NCBI GenBank assembly: GCA_965602015.1
Contig: OZ271918.1
Coordinates: 448,001-512,000 of the forward strand
Direction: 5' to 3'
Length of the DNA stretch: 64,000 nucleotides
Source: Salinispira sp.
GTDB lineage: Bacteria > Spirochaetota > Spirochaetia > DSM-27196 > Salinispiraceae
Below are positions 29,360-39,532 of the stretch, in pieces. Each line of letters starts with the position of its first letter. The stretch's first letter is position 1. Position numbers and translations under genes: made by a program. Under the pieces are notes generated by a model. The model did no database searches. It was not told the origin of the DNA and worked only from the letters and a program-made list of their open reading frames with translations.

Positions 29360-31568
29360 ACAGCAGCTCCTGGATCGGCAGCTGGCCCGTCTGGTGCGGA
29401 TGCTCGGGTCCGATCCGGCCTTCTACCTTCTAAGTCTTCATTCCTTTGTGGAGATGATTCTCAATCAGACATTGGATGTGCAGGAGCTGTTTTTCGACGG
29501 AGAACAGTACAGCTTCGCTGATAAAATGTATCTGTACCGCCGTTTTCTGCTTAATGAGTGGCAGAAAAAACAGCATGCCCGGCCGGGTCCTCCGGCTGCC
29601 CGGCTCAAGGGCATCAGTCATCTCGACAGTCTGTCCAAGGCGCATCATCTGACCAACCGGACCAGGCATGATTTCGCCGAGGTGAGCATTGAGGAGGCCA
29701 TAGCGGGAACCTGGAGCTTCCTGGAGTTTTGCCGGCTCAGCGGCCTGGACTCTCCCCGTCTTCAGGAAATACGGGATAATCTCGCTATCTGGGAAGAGCG
29801 GAAGGCCCCGGTTGATCATTTTAATGAACTGCGCAAAATCCGGTTCTCCGTCCATCTGAAGGATATGGAGATTCGCGATCTCAACAGCCGGCTCGCCCGC
29901 CTATCCGCGGCGGAAAAGCAGGCAAAGGCCCTGGAACAGGCTATCGCCGACAAGGAACAGAGCATCGAAGCTTTGGAAACCGGCAGCGATGAACAGAAGC
30001 ACATAATTGAAGCATTGACGCGGGAGCGCAACGAGCTCAAGCGCAGCCTTGAGACCGAGCGGGGAACCATCAGGACTCACGCCGTTGCCGATCAGTACCG
30101 GGAAAACCTGCTGAGGCTTTCGAATTACACCCGGACAAAAAGGGATTTTGAACGGAGCATCGTTCGACTCAGCGGAGAGCAGAAGGAAGTTCTGGCAAAA
30201 ATTCAGGCGGACGGCAGCGTTCTTGTCCGGGGAGCCGCGGGAACGGGAAAAACAATCGTACTCCTTGAAAGTCTTCGCCGTACGGCGTCGCAAAACGACT
30301 TGTTTGCCGAGGGCAGCTTTGCCCTGCTCACCTATGCGAACACCCTGGTTAAATACGATCGCTATATCAGCCAAATTCTCGGGGTCAGTCCCGACAGTCT
30401 TTCCATTGAAACTGTGGACCGCTTTGTCTCCCGCCGCCTGCATTCGGCTAATCCCCGCTCCGAGATCCGATACGGGGATTTTCTCGAAAATCTGATTGAC
30501 GATCTCGGACTCTCCCCGCCTGCCGAACTGTCCTCCGCGGAGGCTGCCCGGGAAATCGATGAGTTTATCTGGGGCTACGGTATTAGCCGCGATGAATATG
30601 TGGATCAGATGATTCCCCGAAGCGGCTTGCCTCATCGTCTCGATGCCCTTCAGCGGGAGCGGCTCTGGGAAATCCAGGATTCCCTGAGGCGCGAGGCTGC
30701 GGCCCAGGAATTATTTACCCGCAATCTCGCGGTTCTGGAAATGCTTGAAAACCCGGTCTCGACTGACGGCACATCCTCCCCCTACTCACGGCTCTATGTC
30801 GATGAGGTTCAGGATTTACCGCCTGTTGTCCTCCGGTTCCTCAAGAGTGAAAGCCGGAGCATAATGATGGCCGGCGATATTGATCAGGCGATATACGGCC
30901 TTCAGTCGCCGTTCGCCCGGGCCGGCCTTGATATCCGGGGGAGAAGTCATATGCTCAACGAGAATTTTCGCAATACCATCCCGATTCTCGAGCTGGCCGA
31001 GGAATACCGAAAACGGTCGGGCCTCGAACAGCGGTATAAGGGCGACAGCCCCAACCGCAAACCCCGGGCATTCAGGGAGGGACCACCGGTGGGACTCTAC
31101 AGCGCCGAGTCCATGGACGAGCTGGAAGACCTGCTGATGGAACGCCTGGTGCTGATTCACGATGTGATGGGATACGACCCCCAAAACGTGTGCATTATCT
31201 GTCCGGACAACCGTTTGGTCGCCCGGTTTGCCGACCTTCTTCGGAACAGAGGAGACCTGCGCGGGGTGTCGATCCGGGATAAATCATTCGATTTTACCAT
31301 CGGCGGCGCCGAGGGCGGTCCGGTGCGGCTTTCGCCCATTCACTCCACCAAGGGTCTTGATTTTCCGGTGGTGCTGCTTTTTCTGCCCTACCTTTCCAGC
31401 GGTTCGGGGCTGGACCGGGAGTATCGGGATCTTCAGCGCAGCAACCTGATGTACGTGGCCCTCACCAGGGCGATGGATCATCTGGAAATCTTTATTACCG
31501 AAGGGGCTGCGAGAAATCCGGCGATTTCACCCCTGGTCGATTCATGGCACAGCCAGCGGGAGTCCTAG
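29352..31568 (+). CDS. Superfamily 1 (UvrD-like) helicase with N-terminal helical domain and coiled coil
   Basis: Q motif (EQ), [43 protein letters not shown] 29352 overlaps the MCP stop. Confidence 0.88.
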   Translation: MNRQQLLDRQLARLVRMLGSDPAFYLLSLHSFVEMILNQTLDVQELFFDGEQYSFADKMYLYRRFLLNEWQKKQHARPGPPAARLKGISHLDSLSKAHHLTNRTRHDFAEVSIEEAIAGTWSFLEFCRLSGLDSPRLQEIRDNLAIWEERKAPVDHFNELRKIRFSVHLKDMEIRDLNSRLARLSAAEKQAKALEQAIADKEQSIEALETGSDEQKHIIEALTRERNELKRSLETERGTIRTHAVADQYRENLLRLSNYTRTKRDFERSIVRLSGEQKEVLAKIQADGSVLVRGAAGTGKTIVLLESLRRTASQNDLFAEGSFALLTYANTLVKYDRYISQILGVSPDSLSIETVDRFVSRRLHSANPRSEIRYGDFLENLIDDLGLSPPAELSSAEAAREIDEFIWGYGISRDEYVDQMIPRSGLPHRLDALQRERLWEIQDSLRREAAAQELFTRNLAVLEMLENPVSTDGTSSPYSRLYVDEVQDLPPVVLRFLKSESRSIMMAGDIDQAIYGLQSPFARAGLDIRGRSHMLNENFRNTIPILELAEEYRKRSGLEQRYKGDSPNRKPRAFREGPPVGLYSAESMDELEDLLMERLVLIHDVMGYDPQNVCIICPDNRLVARFADLLRNRGDLRGVSIRDKSFDFTIGGAEGGPVRLSPIHSTKGLDFPVVLLFLPYLSSGSGLDREYRDLQRSNLMYVALTRAMDHLEIFITEGAARNPAISPLVDSWHSQRES

Positions 31569-32593
31569 CCGTGGACGAAAAAAATCTGCTCATCGCTGAG
31601 GTGGCGAGACAGCTGATCTTCCATAAACCGCCTGATTTCCCCGATCTCTTCAGGCCGGTAGCTGGCTAGGGTGCCCGCGCTTTCCCGGTGATAGGTTCTC
31701 ATCAGGTGGGGGGCGTCTGTGCGGATTTTCCGGATGCGCTCGAGGTAGCCCTGATTCATCCGGAAAACGCCGAAACTCACTTCAGAAACCTGCTCCGCCG
31801 GGATGCGCAAAAAAGTTTCCCGTATGGCGTTTTTATACAGCTCCCGCCAATTTTCAGAAAGGATTATAGGATCGAAAGTCAGCTTCAGGGGCCAGCCGTC
31901 GCGGGCGGCCCTGCCGGCGGCGAAGAGCCTGTTGCGGAAAGAGGCGCAGCCCCGTTCATGTCGGCGGCTGACTTCCTCCGGGCTGAGACTCCACACCAAA
32001 AACACATTTTCCGCAGGCTTGAGATTGGCGATGCTCTGGTAGTAATCACTTTTGGTTCTGATTTCCAGCGCCATGTCGGTCTTTCCGGCGGCGTAATCTA
32101 TCCACTCGGCGCAGTAGGGGTAGAGGGGCTCGAAAGCGAGAATTTCGCTGAGATATGAAATGCTCAGGTACAGTGGGTGATGCTCAAGGGCCTTATCGGC
32201 CGCGTCGATAAAATCGGCGTTGTTGAGAAACATAACGCTGTGGGCCGAATCATGCATTCCCTGCAAGAAGCAGTAATCGCAGTTGTAGACGCAATTGCGC
32301 ACCAGGGCATTGTAATGCAGCTGTTCATTGTTCCAAGAATCAATCCGTTCGCTGCCCTTGTGCAGGTAGCGGCTCCGTTCCTTGGCGAGAATCAGTGCCG
32401 GCTGGCGCTTTTGAACGGTGAAATCCTGCCGGGGACGAGTAAAAATATCTTTATAATGAGCAACGGGAATGACGGTTGGTTGACCTGCGGCGCTCCGTAT
32501 CTTCCCAATAATTTCGCCTACCGCCGGGAGGTCACGGATTTCTTCTTCGACGAAAACCCTTGTGAAATGATGCACAAGCTGAAGACTATTCAA
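31565..32593 (-). CDS. Spore photoproduct lyase-like radical SAM protein
   Basis: NCVYNCDYCFLQG, LEIRTKS, WSLSP......E...AS...R, FDPII. Probable TTG start at 32593 after GGAGG. Confidence 0.85.
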   Translation of the reverse strand: MNSLQLVHHFTRVFVEEEIRDLPAVGEIIGKIRSAAGQPTVIPVAHYKDIFTRPRQDFTVQKRQPALILAKERSRYLHKGSERIDSWNNEQLHYNALVRNCVYNCDYCFLQGMHDSAHSVMFLNNADFIDAADKALEHHPLYLSISYLSEILAFEPLYPYCAEWIDYAAGKTDMALEIRTKSDYYQSIANLKPAENVFLVWSLSPEEVSRRHERGCASFRNRLFAAGRAARDGWPLKLTFDPIILSENWRELYKNAIRETFLRIPAEQVSEVSFGVFRMNQGYLERIRKIRTDAPHLMRTYHRESAGTLASYRPEEIGEIRRFMEDQLSRHLSDEQIFFVHG

Positions 32594-33389
32594 GGCCAGC
32601 CTCCAGGGCCGCAATCAGTTCATTGTCCGTGATTTCCCGCCGCGCGAAGTGAATGCGCCGGATTTCTTTTTCGAGCCGGTTGCGGCGGTTGCCCGCTTTC
32701 TTATCGGGTAAAAGTCGGTCCGCCAGGAGGGCAGAGCGGATATCAGCCTCCCGGTTAGCCGATTCGAGTTGGAACAGCTCGCAGCAGTAGCTAATAAGAC
32801 CATCCAGCGACTGATGAAAAAGCCGCGGCCAATCCTCGCCAGGTGAACTGTTGCGGAAATGCAGTTCAGCGCTTACGAGCTGATGGGGAGATAACAGACC
32901 GCCCAACGATTCCATGATGAAGGAGATTCTGTTTTCCTCATGCAGCTCACAAGTGGTTTCGGGAAAGCCATGATCGAGGACGATGTCGGGATACTCACAT
33001 CGCCCATTAATGAAGATTCGGTTGTGGATGAGAACCGGGCTTTTATTGGATTGCCCGTGCCCCGGGGCCTGTGCCTGCCGGGAAGATTGTGCTTCCCCGG
33101 CAGATTCTGCCCCCCTGGCAGACCGTTCTCGCCCGGAAATAGGGTCTTCCTTGTCCTGTAGAAACAAGACGGGACATCCCCGCCACTGCGCGGTAAATCC
33201 CCCGCTGCGCTCATACAGGAGCCCGGCCAAAAACCCTGCCTGAACAGCCGGCGCAGATTCCAGTCCGTATTCGAAGAGCAGCACATCATCCCGTCCGGAT
33301 TCCCGTATGCCCGAGGGATGGACCTGCCGTTCTTTGAGGGAAAACAGCTTGCGCCAGGGCGGACCCTGAGCGGCGATAATGGCGATCAC
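32586..33389 (-). CDS. Hypothetical protein, possibly a degenerate nucleoside-phosphorylase-like partner of the SPL-like gene
   Basis: Overlaps both neighbours. YPD....F.E and ME....PHQ segments recall proteins found next to SPL-like genes. Family call is weak. Confidence 0.55.
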   Translation of the reverse strand: MIAIIAAQGPPWRKLFSLKERQVHPSGIRESGRDDVLLFEYGLESAPAVQAGFLAGLLYERSGGFTAQWRGCPVLFLQDKEDPISGRERSARGAESAGEAQSSRQAQAPGHGQSNKSPVLIHNRIFINGRCEYPDIVLDHGFPETTCELHEENRISFIMESLGGLLSPHQLVSAELHFRNSSPGEDWPRLFHQSLDGLISYCCELFQLESANREADIRSALLADRLLPDKKAGNRRNRLEKEIRRIHFARREITDNELIAALEAGLE

Positions 33390-34852
33390 GGCAGGATTTC
33401 GCCCCGGAGATCCGGATCATCTCCCTCATCTAATGATAGTGCCAGTACATCGATGTATTGATTAAGAAATTCCCGGGGCTCCCGGTGGGGCGGCAGGGGA
33501 AAACTCAGCGGAATATAATGCTCGCCGAGCCCCCGGGCTGTCGGGACGCCGTGTTCATCTTCCACCCGTTCGACCAGAACCTTTTGAGTCCGTCCCAGCA
33601 TGGACATCCGGTACTTCCGCTTCTGTTTCACGGCCAGGAGCCTCAGGCGCTCGGAACGCTCGCTTTTGACGCGCTCGGGCACCTGGCCGTCCATTCGCTC
33701 CGCCCTGGTTCCCTGACGCACCGAGTATTTAAAGGCGTGAACATGTCCAAAGCCGATGTCCTCAATTGCCGACAGGCTTTCGGAAAACTCGTCTTCGCTT
33801 TCCCCGGGGAACCCCACGATTATGTCCGTGGTAATGTTGAATTCCGGCAATTGCTCCCGGATTTTTCCGACGATATCCCGATACTGGACATAGCTGTACT
33901 GCCGCCGCATCCGCAGGAGGATTTTCTCCGAGCCGCTTTGAAGGCAGAGGTGCAGATGGGGGGTCATTCGGGGGTGTTTCATTAATTCTATGAAGCGTTC
34001 ATCCAGCTGATCGGGCTCGATGCTGGAAATTCTCAGCCGGTAGTCTCCGTCAAGATTCAAAAGCCGTTCAACAATTTGGGAAAACCGGGTATCGTCGTGC
34101 TCATAGCGGCTCATGTTTACCCCGGTAAGAACCAGCTCCTTATACCCGTCGGCCAACATGCGGCTGGCGGATTGTACAATGTCCTCGGGCTCACGGCTCA
34201 CTGCGGTTCCCCGTACAAATGGAATTATGCAAAACGAGCAAAAGTTATCGCAGCCGTCTTGAATTTTGACCATGCCCCGGGTGCGGAAGACCTGCTGGGA
34301 CGCATCGTAGGAAAACCGGTCGCCCTTGAGGGAATCCGGGTGTATGAGCTCGCCGTTCAGGTGGGCGTCAACCAGCTCGAAGATGCTGTTTTTGCGCTCA
34401 TTATCGACAACAAAGCTGCGCCCGTCGGCTTCCAGTTCCTCTTTGTGGCTGTCAACAAAACAGCCGGTAACCACCACCATGGATTCACCTGAACGGGTGT
34501 GGGGGAGGGCAGCGGGTTCATTGGCCGACGTCCGCGGCTGTTCCGGTGACAAAATCCGGTCTGCGGAAATATGCGGCGTGCGGTTTTCCCCAGGACTGCC
34601 TATTGATTCGATATTCAACGATTCCAGTTTACCGCTGAGCCGGATCGCCCGGTTAATGGTGTTGCGGGTTTTGCGATCCGCCTTGTTGGTAACCGTGCAG
34701 CTGTTCACAATGTAGACATCAGACGGTCCGTCGAAGGGCACCACCTGATAGCCCGCATTGATAAATCGGGATGCCAGGGCGTCGGTTTCATACTGATTTA
34801 ATTTACAGCCAAGGGTTGAAAAGGCGACGGTCCTCAACGCGCTGTTAGCCAC
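33386..34852 (-). CDS. mtaB: tRNA t6A37 methylthiotransferase MtaB
   Basis: TLGCKLNQYET, NSCTVT..AD.K.R, VTGC, RTR..VKIQDGCDNFCSFCIIP, HLHL.LQSG, H.F.YS.R.GT.A. GTG 34852 after GGAGG. Confidence 0.92.
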   Translation of the reverse strand: MANSALRTVAFSTLGCKLNQYETDALASRFINAGYQVVPFDGPSDVYIVNSCTVTNKADRKTRNTINRAIRLSGKLESLNIESIGSPGENRTPHISADRILSPEQPRTSANEPAALPHTRSGESMVVVTGCFVDSHKEELEADGRSFVVDNERKNSIFELVDAHLNGELIHPDSLKGDRFSYDASQQVFRTRGMVKIQDGCDNFCSFCIIPFVRGTAVSREPEDIVQSASRMLADGYKELVLTGVNMSRYEHDDTRFSQIVERLLNLDGDYRLRISSIEPDQLDERFIELMKHPRMTPHLHLCLQSGSEKILLRMRRQYSYVQYRDIVGKIREQLPEFNITTDIIVGFPGESEDEFSESLSAIEDIGFGHVHAFKYSVRQGTRAERMDGQVPERVKSERSERLRLLAVKQKRKYRMSMLGRTQKVLVERVEDEHGVPTARGLGEHYIPLSFPLPPHREPREFLNQYIDVLALSLDEGDDPDLRGEILP

Positions 34853-36551
34853 TGACGGCCTCCGGAGTGCTGACCGCTGCGTTTGCCGGGCGGCCTTCAA
34901 GACTGAGTTGACTGGCGCTTGTAATTTCCAGTTCGATGAAGCTGCCGATCAGGCTGTCATCATCAGACAGGAAACGAACCGGAAGCTTTCCCTCGCTTCG
35001 TCCGCTGAGGTATCGGCCGCTGCGGTCACGGCCCTCCACGAGGACCCGGAGGCTTTTACCAACCAGCGAGAGGTTGTATTCATATGAACTCTTTTGCAGT
35101 TCTTCGCTCAGAATATGCAGCCGCCGTTTTTTCTCTTCCTGGGGAACATCGTCATCCCAGCGGCTGCTGGCGGCGCCGGGCCGGGGCGAATACATGGCGA
35201 CATAGGCCATATTGTACCGAAACTCCCGCATGGCCTCCAGGGTGCGGGTGAACTGCTCCTCGGTTTCGCCGGTGAATCCCACAATGATGTCTGTGAAAAG
35301 GGTGGCATCGGGGATGAGTTCCCTAATGTTCTCGACTATTTCCCGGTAGCGCTGCACGCTGTGATTGCGGTTCATTTTTATCAGCAGCTTGTCATCACCG
35401 GATTGCAGCGGCAGATGGATTTGCTTTGCCAGGCAGCGGTACTGGGCAATTACTTCGATGAGTTCCCGGGTCATGTCCCGGGGATGGGGACTGGTAAAGT
35501 ACACCAGGAAATCGTCTTCTTTTTTCAGACGCCGGCTGAGGTCGCCGATTTGCCTCATCAGTTCGGGGAAGCTAATCTCATCTGACCCCCGGTCCAAACC
35601 ATAAGAGTTTACGTTCTGACCAAGAAGAGTGATGCTCCGGTAACCCCGATCGATCAGGCTTTCTATCTCCGCCAGTATCTCGCTGCTTGGCCGGGATATT
35701 TCCCTCCCGCGGGTGTAGGGAACGGCGCAAAAAGTGCAGAATTTATCACATCCGTTTTGAATCGGGATAAACGCCTCAAACTTCGAGCGGTAATGAGGCT
35801 TGATGTGCCAGAATCCGCCCATGGGATCCTCGCCCTCTGCGCTTTCCTCGGTCACCTGCTTTCGTATGCGTGGAGCGCCGCCCTGTTTCTTGATTTCATC
35901 CTGCATGGCCCGGACTGCCGCCAAGGTATTGGAACGCTGCTGTTCAGAGGGTCCTTTTGCCAGAGGGTTGCCTGCGCCGTCTATTTTGGGCTGCTTTACT
36001 CCGCTTTCCGATGCTATGCGCTCTTCTTCAAGCAGGCGGAGCACCGGGCTTGTTTTGGGGTCCTTGAGCCACATGGGTCCGACGGGGCGGCGCGGCTTGG
36101 ACGGGTCCCCATCTGTCGAAGAACTATCAGGTCCGGGTTGCTGTTCTGCCGCAGGATGGACCGGCTCATTCTGCCCACCGGCACTAAAGCTTCCCCCGGA
36201 AAACGGGGTGGTCACCCCGTACTGGGCAATCATATCCGGAAGCTGGGGCAGTTCATTGATGCTAAAAAGCAGATCGAAACGATCCAGGAACTTCTCCCGG
36301 TCAGAGGGGAGTATGCAGCCCGAAACGAAGGTTAGCAGGCTTCGCCGGTTCTTCCATTTGTTCCACTGATGTATTTTGGAATACACCTTGTCAATGGCTT
36401 TCTGGCGCACCGAGCAGGCAACGATTCCTAACAGTTCGGCGTCCTCTTCCCGCGGAGTTTCCACGTACCCCATGGCCTCCAGCACCGACTGGATTCGTTC
36501 GCTATCTGACTGGTTCATCTGGCAACCCAGATGCACTAAATGATATTTCAT
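34845..36551 (-). CDS. miaB: tRNA i6A37 methylthiotransferase MiaB
   Basis: GCQMN.SDSE, CSVRQKA, GCDKFCTFCAVPYTRGRE.SR, LLGQNVNSYG, SPHP.D, YSPRPG and C-terminal TRAM. Confidence 0.92.
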   Translation of the reverse strand: MKYHLVHLGCQMNQSDSERIQSVLEAMGYVETPREEDAELLGIVACSVRQKAIDKVYSKIHQWNKWKNRRSLLTFVSGCILPSDREKFLDRFDLLFSINELPQLPDMIAQYGVTTPFSGGSFSAGGQNEPVHPAAEQQPGPDSSSTDGDPSKPRRPVGPMWLKDPKTSPVLRLLEEERIASESGVKQPKIDGAGNPLAKGPSEQQRSNTLAAVRAMQDEIKKQGGAPRIRKQVTEESAEGEDPMGGFWHIKPHYRSKFEAFIPIQNGCDKFCTFCAVPYTRGREISRPSSEILAEIESLIDRGYRSITLLGQNVNSYGLDRGSDEISFPELMRQIGDLSRRLKKEDDFLVYFTSPHPRDMTRELIEVIAQYRCLAKQIHLPLQSGDDKLLIKMNRNHSVQRYREIVENIRELIPDATLFTDIIVGFTGETEEQFTRTLEAMREFRYNMAYVAMYSPRPGAASSRWDDDVPQEEKKRRLHILSEELQKSSYEYNLSLVGKSLRVLVEGRDRSGRYLSGRSEGKLPVRFLSDDDSLIGSFIELEITSASQLSLEGRPANAAVSTPEAVSG

Positions 36552-36581
36552 CGCAATTCCTCGCAGTAGTTCGGAGAGATA

Positions 36582-37247
36582 CTAAAAATACACTTCGGCG
36601 AACATCCGGTCCCGGGGAATGCCCTGATCCGACAGAATATCGTAGGCCTCATAAATCATGTCGCAGTTACCACAGAGAAAAACTGCGGCATCGCTTTCCA
36701 CCGGATGAGCCCGCAAAAAGTCGGTTACCCGCCCCCGGTAATCACCGCCATCCTCCCGGGACACGCATCGGAGAATCCGGTCACGGCTGTAATGATCGAG
36801 CTCGAAACTGTCAGCGGCGAACCGCACGCCGTGCAGCAGCGTATAGTCGAGTTCGCGATAGGAGTTGGCGAAACTGTGAAAGGGGCTGATTCCCGTACCC
36901 GTTCCCACGAAGTACACCTTGCCTGAGCGTATCTTCTCATCCATCAAAAAAAAGCCAAAGGGGCCTTCTACATAGAGCTCGTCTCCGGCTTTGACCTGTT
37001 TAAGTCTCCGGGAGACATAACCGGTTTCTACTTCCTTAACCAAAATCTCCAGGTAATCCGCATCTGCCGGGGAGTAAATGGAGTACTCCCTCATATTTAT
37101 GTCGCCCTTGGGCCCCACGCTGAGATACTGACCCGGATGAAACGACAGATTTTGCCGTTCAAAACGGAGGACAAAGGTTGACTCTGTGAGCTGCCGGTTT
37201 TCCAGGACCCGATGATGCACCCGGGTTCTGGCTGCGGAGTTTGACAT
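36582..37247 (-). CDS. Ferredoxin--NADP reductase family FAD-binding oxidoreductase
   Basis: F.PGQY, REYSIYS, G.VS..L, GPFG.F, GTGTGISPF, LCGN..M and C-terminal EVYF. ATG 37247 after GAGGT. Confidence 0.9.
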   Translation of the reverse strand: MSNSAARTRVHHRVLENRQLTESTFVLRFERQNLSFHPGQYLSVGPKGDINMREYSIYSPADADYLEILVKEVETGYVSRRLKQVKAGDELYVEGPFGFFLMDEKIRSGKVYFVGTGTGISPFHSFANSYRELDYTLLHGVRFAADSFELDHYSRDRILRCVSREDGGDYRGRVTDFLRAHPVESDAAVFLCGNCDMIYEAYDILSDQGIPRDRMFAEVYF

Positions 37248-37373
37248 TTTTACCTCTTTACTACAATCGCTTCCCTGCTGGGCAAGGGCAAGATAATTCA
37301 TTAGGGAGCAAGAGTATAGATTATCGAAGTAAAAGTATCAAGAATTCCCTGATGGCGGCAGATCGCAACAAGC

Positions 37374-37402
37374 TTGACAGGAGAACAGGGTGCTCTTATT
37401 CT
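37374..37402 (+). promoter_or_regulatory. Sigma70-type promoter of the LacI gene
   Basis: TTGACA (37374-37379), 17 bp, TATTCT (37397-37402). Confidence 0.65.
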
Positions 37403-37443
37403 GTTAGAAGTCTCTAAAAGAATAAATTTGCCGGGGAAAAACG

Positions 37444-38466
37444 ATGCCAAAAAAAGTAACGATTCACGACGTAGCCCGTCATGCGGGAGTTTCGCACACC
37501 ACCGTAAGCTGGGCACTTCACGACGATCCGAGAATTACCGATGACACTAAACAGAAGGTGTTGGAAAGCGTCGAAGCCCTGGATTATTTTCCCGCCTTTC
37601 TCGGACGTTCGCTGGTCAACGGCCGCTCCAAAACCATCGCCGTGGTAGCCGCCAGTTTTTCTTCAAGCTTTGAAATGGAACTGATGCGGGGCATCGAGGA
37701 AGCGATGGACGCCCGGGGCAGCGAGTACAGCATCCAGCTGTACTCGACGCGACGAGACAAAAACAGCAAATTAAAAACCTATCAAAAAATATTACAGGGC
37801 CGAAGGGCCGATGCGGTGATTTCCGTCAATCTGAAACCCGGGCACACCTTTGTCGAGGAATTCAAGGACAGCGGAGTGTCTTTGGTACTTGTGGAAGATG
37901 AGTTCGAGGGAGTGAGCACCGTGTACTGCGATTCCAGGAAGGGTACCGAGCTGGCGGTGAACCATCTGCTTGACAGGGGCTGCAAAAGCCCGGGAATATT
38001 AGTGGGCATACACGATGATCCCGACGGCGGTCTGTCGCCCCAAACCCGCTACCAAACCTACCTGGATGTGCTCAACGGCCGGGGAATTACGGTCCAAGAT
38101 GCCTGGGTACAGGAAATTCCCGAGTATCACCCTGAAGACGGTATGAATGCCCTGGGTGCATTTCTGGAAGCCGGATGCGACGGTATCTTTTGCGCCGCCG
38201 GTGATCTTGTTGCCCTGGGTCTGATAAAGGCTGCCCAGTCGCGGGGAATCGACATTCCCGGTAAGCTGAAGGTCGTGGGCTATGACGATGTTGTCTTTTC
38301 ATCTCTCATCAGCCCTGCCTTGACCACTGTGCGCCAGCCTTTGGCGGAAATCGGCAAAACCGCGTACGACCTCGCCCAAAAAGGCATCGAGGCCGAGGAA
38401 TCCCGTACCTGGCATGCCCAAACCGTGGTGCTTCAGCCCGAACTGGTAGTCCGGGAGACGAGCTGA
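37444..38466 (+). CDS. LacI family transcriptional regulator
   Basis: VTIHDVARHAGVSHTTVS HTH, VVGYDD, PALTTVRQP, LVVRETS. Confidence 0.95.
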   Translation: MPKKVTIHDVARHAGVSHTTVSWALHDDPRITDDTKQKVLESVEALDYFPAFLGRSLVNGRSKTIAVVAASFSSSFEMELMRGIEEAMDARGSEYSIQLYSTRRDKNSKLKTYQKILQGRRADAVISVNLKPGHTFVEEFKDSGVSLVLVEDEFEGVSTVYCDSRKGTELAVNHLLDRGCKSPGILVGIHDDPDGGLSPQTRYQTYLDVLNGRGITVQDAWVQEIPEYHPEDGMNALGAFLEAGCDGIFCAAGDLVALGLIKAAQSRGIDIPGKLKVVGYDDVVFSSLISPALTTVRQPLAEIGKTAYDLAQKGIEAEESRTWHAQTVVLQPELVVRETS

Positions 38467-38553
38467 CTACCGCTGCCGGATAGCCGGCGCTGGCCTCGAC
38501 GGACGTAATGTAGTACCTTTGCAGGACCACAACAGCTAGCGGGAGTGCCTACT

Positions 38554-39516
38554 ATGAGCAGTGATTTGCGTATTTCCGAATCGGAACTTACGAAGAACAT
38601 AAATAATAAGGAAACAAGACCGGCTAACGGAGTTTCGAGGAAACCCGAATGGCTCAGGATTCAGCTAAACACCAGCGATAAATTCCGCGACCTCAAAAAA
38701 ATGGTGAAAGAGGAGCGGCTTCACACCGTATGCGAGGAAGCCCGCTGTCCGAATATCCATGAGTGTTGGGGGACCCATAAAACCGCCACCTTCATGATAC
38801 TCGGAGATACCTGCACCCGCCGCTGTCGGTTCTGCGCCGTAAAAACCGGACTGCCGGGTGCCGTGGACTGGGGAGAACCTGCGCGGGTCGCGGATTCGGT
38901 GGCCAAGCTGCGGCTCAGCCATGTGGTTATCACCATGGTAACCCGGGACGATCTCAAGGACGGCGGTGCGGCGGTGGTCGCCAAGACGGTGGAGGAAATT
39001 CGAAAAGCCGCGCCGGAATGCAGCATCGAGCTGCTCACCAGCGATTTGATGGCGGACCCCCAATCAATCAAGACGGTTCTCGACAGCCGGCCGGACATAA
39101 TGAGTCATAATCTGGAAACCGTCGAACGGCTTACGCCGGTAGTCCGGTCCCGTTCATACTACGAGCGAAGCTTGAAAATGCTGGCCATGAGCAAGGAAAT
39201 CGCTCCGGATATCGTCACCAAATCGAGCATTATGCTCGGGCTCGGGGAAACGACGGAAGAGATACATGCGGCCATGGACGATTTGCTGGCTCACGGGGTT
39301 TCGATGATGAACATGGGACAGTACCTTCAGCCCAGCCGGAATCACCAGATGGTGCAGAAGTTCTGGACACCGGAAGAATTTGCTGAGCTCAAGGACACTG
39401 CCTTGGAAAAAGGCTTCTCCTTCGTTGAAGCCGGACCCCTGGTGCGTTCCAGCTATCATGCCGGAGAACAGTACGAGGATTACCGACGGAAAATTCACCC
39501 GCTCTACCGGAAATAA
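38554..39516 (+). CDS. lipA: Lipoyl synthase
   Basis: [36 protein letters not shown]. Confidence 0.97.
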   Translation: MSSDLRISESELTKNINNKETRPANGVSRKPEWLRIQLNTSDKFRDLKKMVKEERLHTVCEEARCPNIHECWGTHKTATFMILGDTCTRRCRFCAVKTGLPGAVDWGEPARVADSVAKLRLSHVVITMVTRDDLKDGGAAVVAKTVEEIRKAAPECSIELLTSDLMADPQSIKTVLDSRPDIMSHNLETVERLTPVVRSRSYYERSLKMLAMSKEIAPDIVTKSSIMLGLGETTEEIHAAMDDLLAHGVSMMNMGQYLQPSRNHQMVQKFWTPEEFAELKDTALEKGFSFVEAGPLVRSSYHAGEQYEDYRRKIHPLYRK

Positions 39517-39532
39517 GATCCGGAGGTGTCCC

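Noticed and set aside
35823..36203. Intein in MiaB or MtaB
   Set aside because: No Cys/Ser start with a His-Asn end and no LAGLIDADG blocks. The inserts are low-complexity.
39380..39532. Track start of the lipase ORF
   Set aside because: Overlaps lipA by more than 130 nt and would bury the signal peptide.
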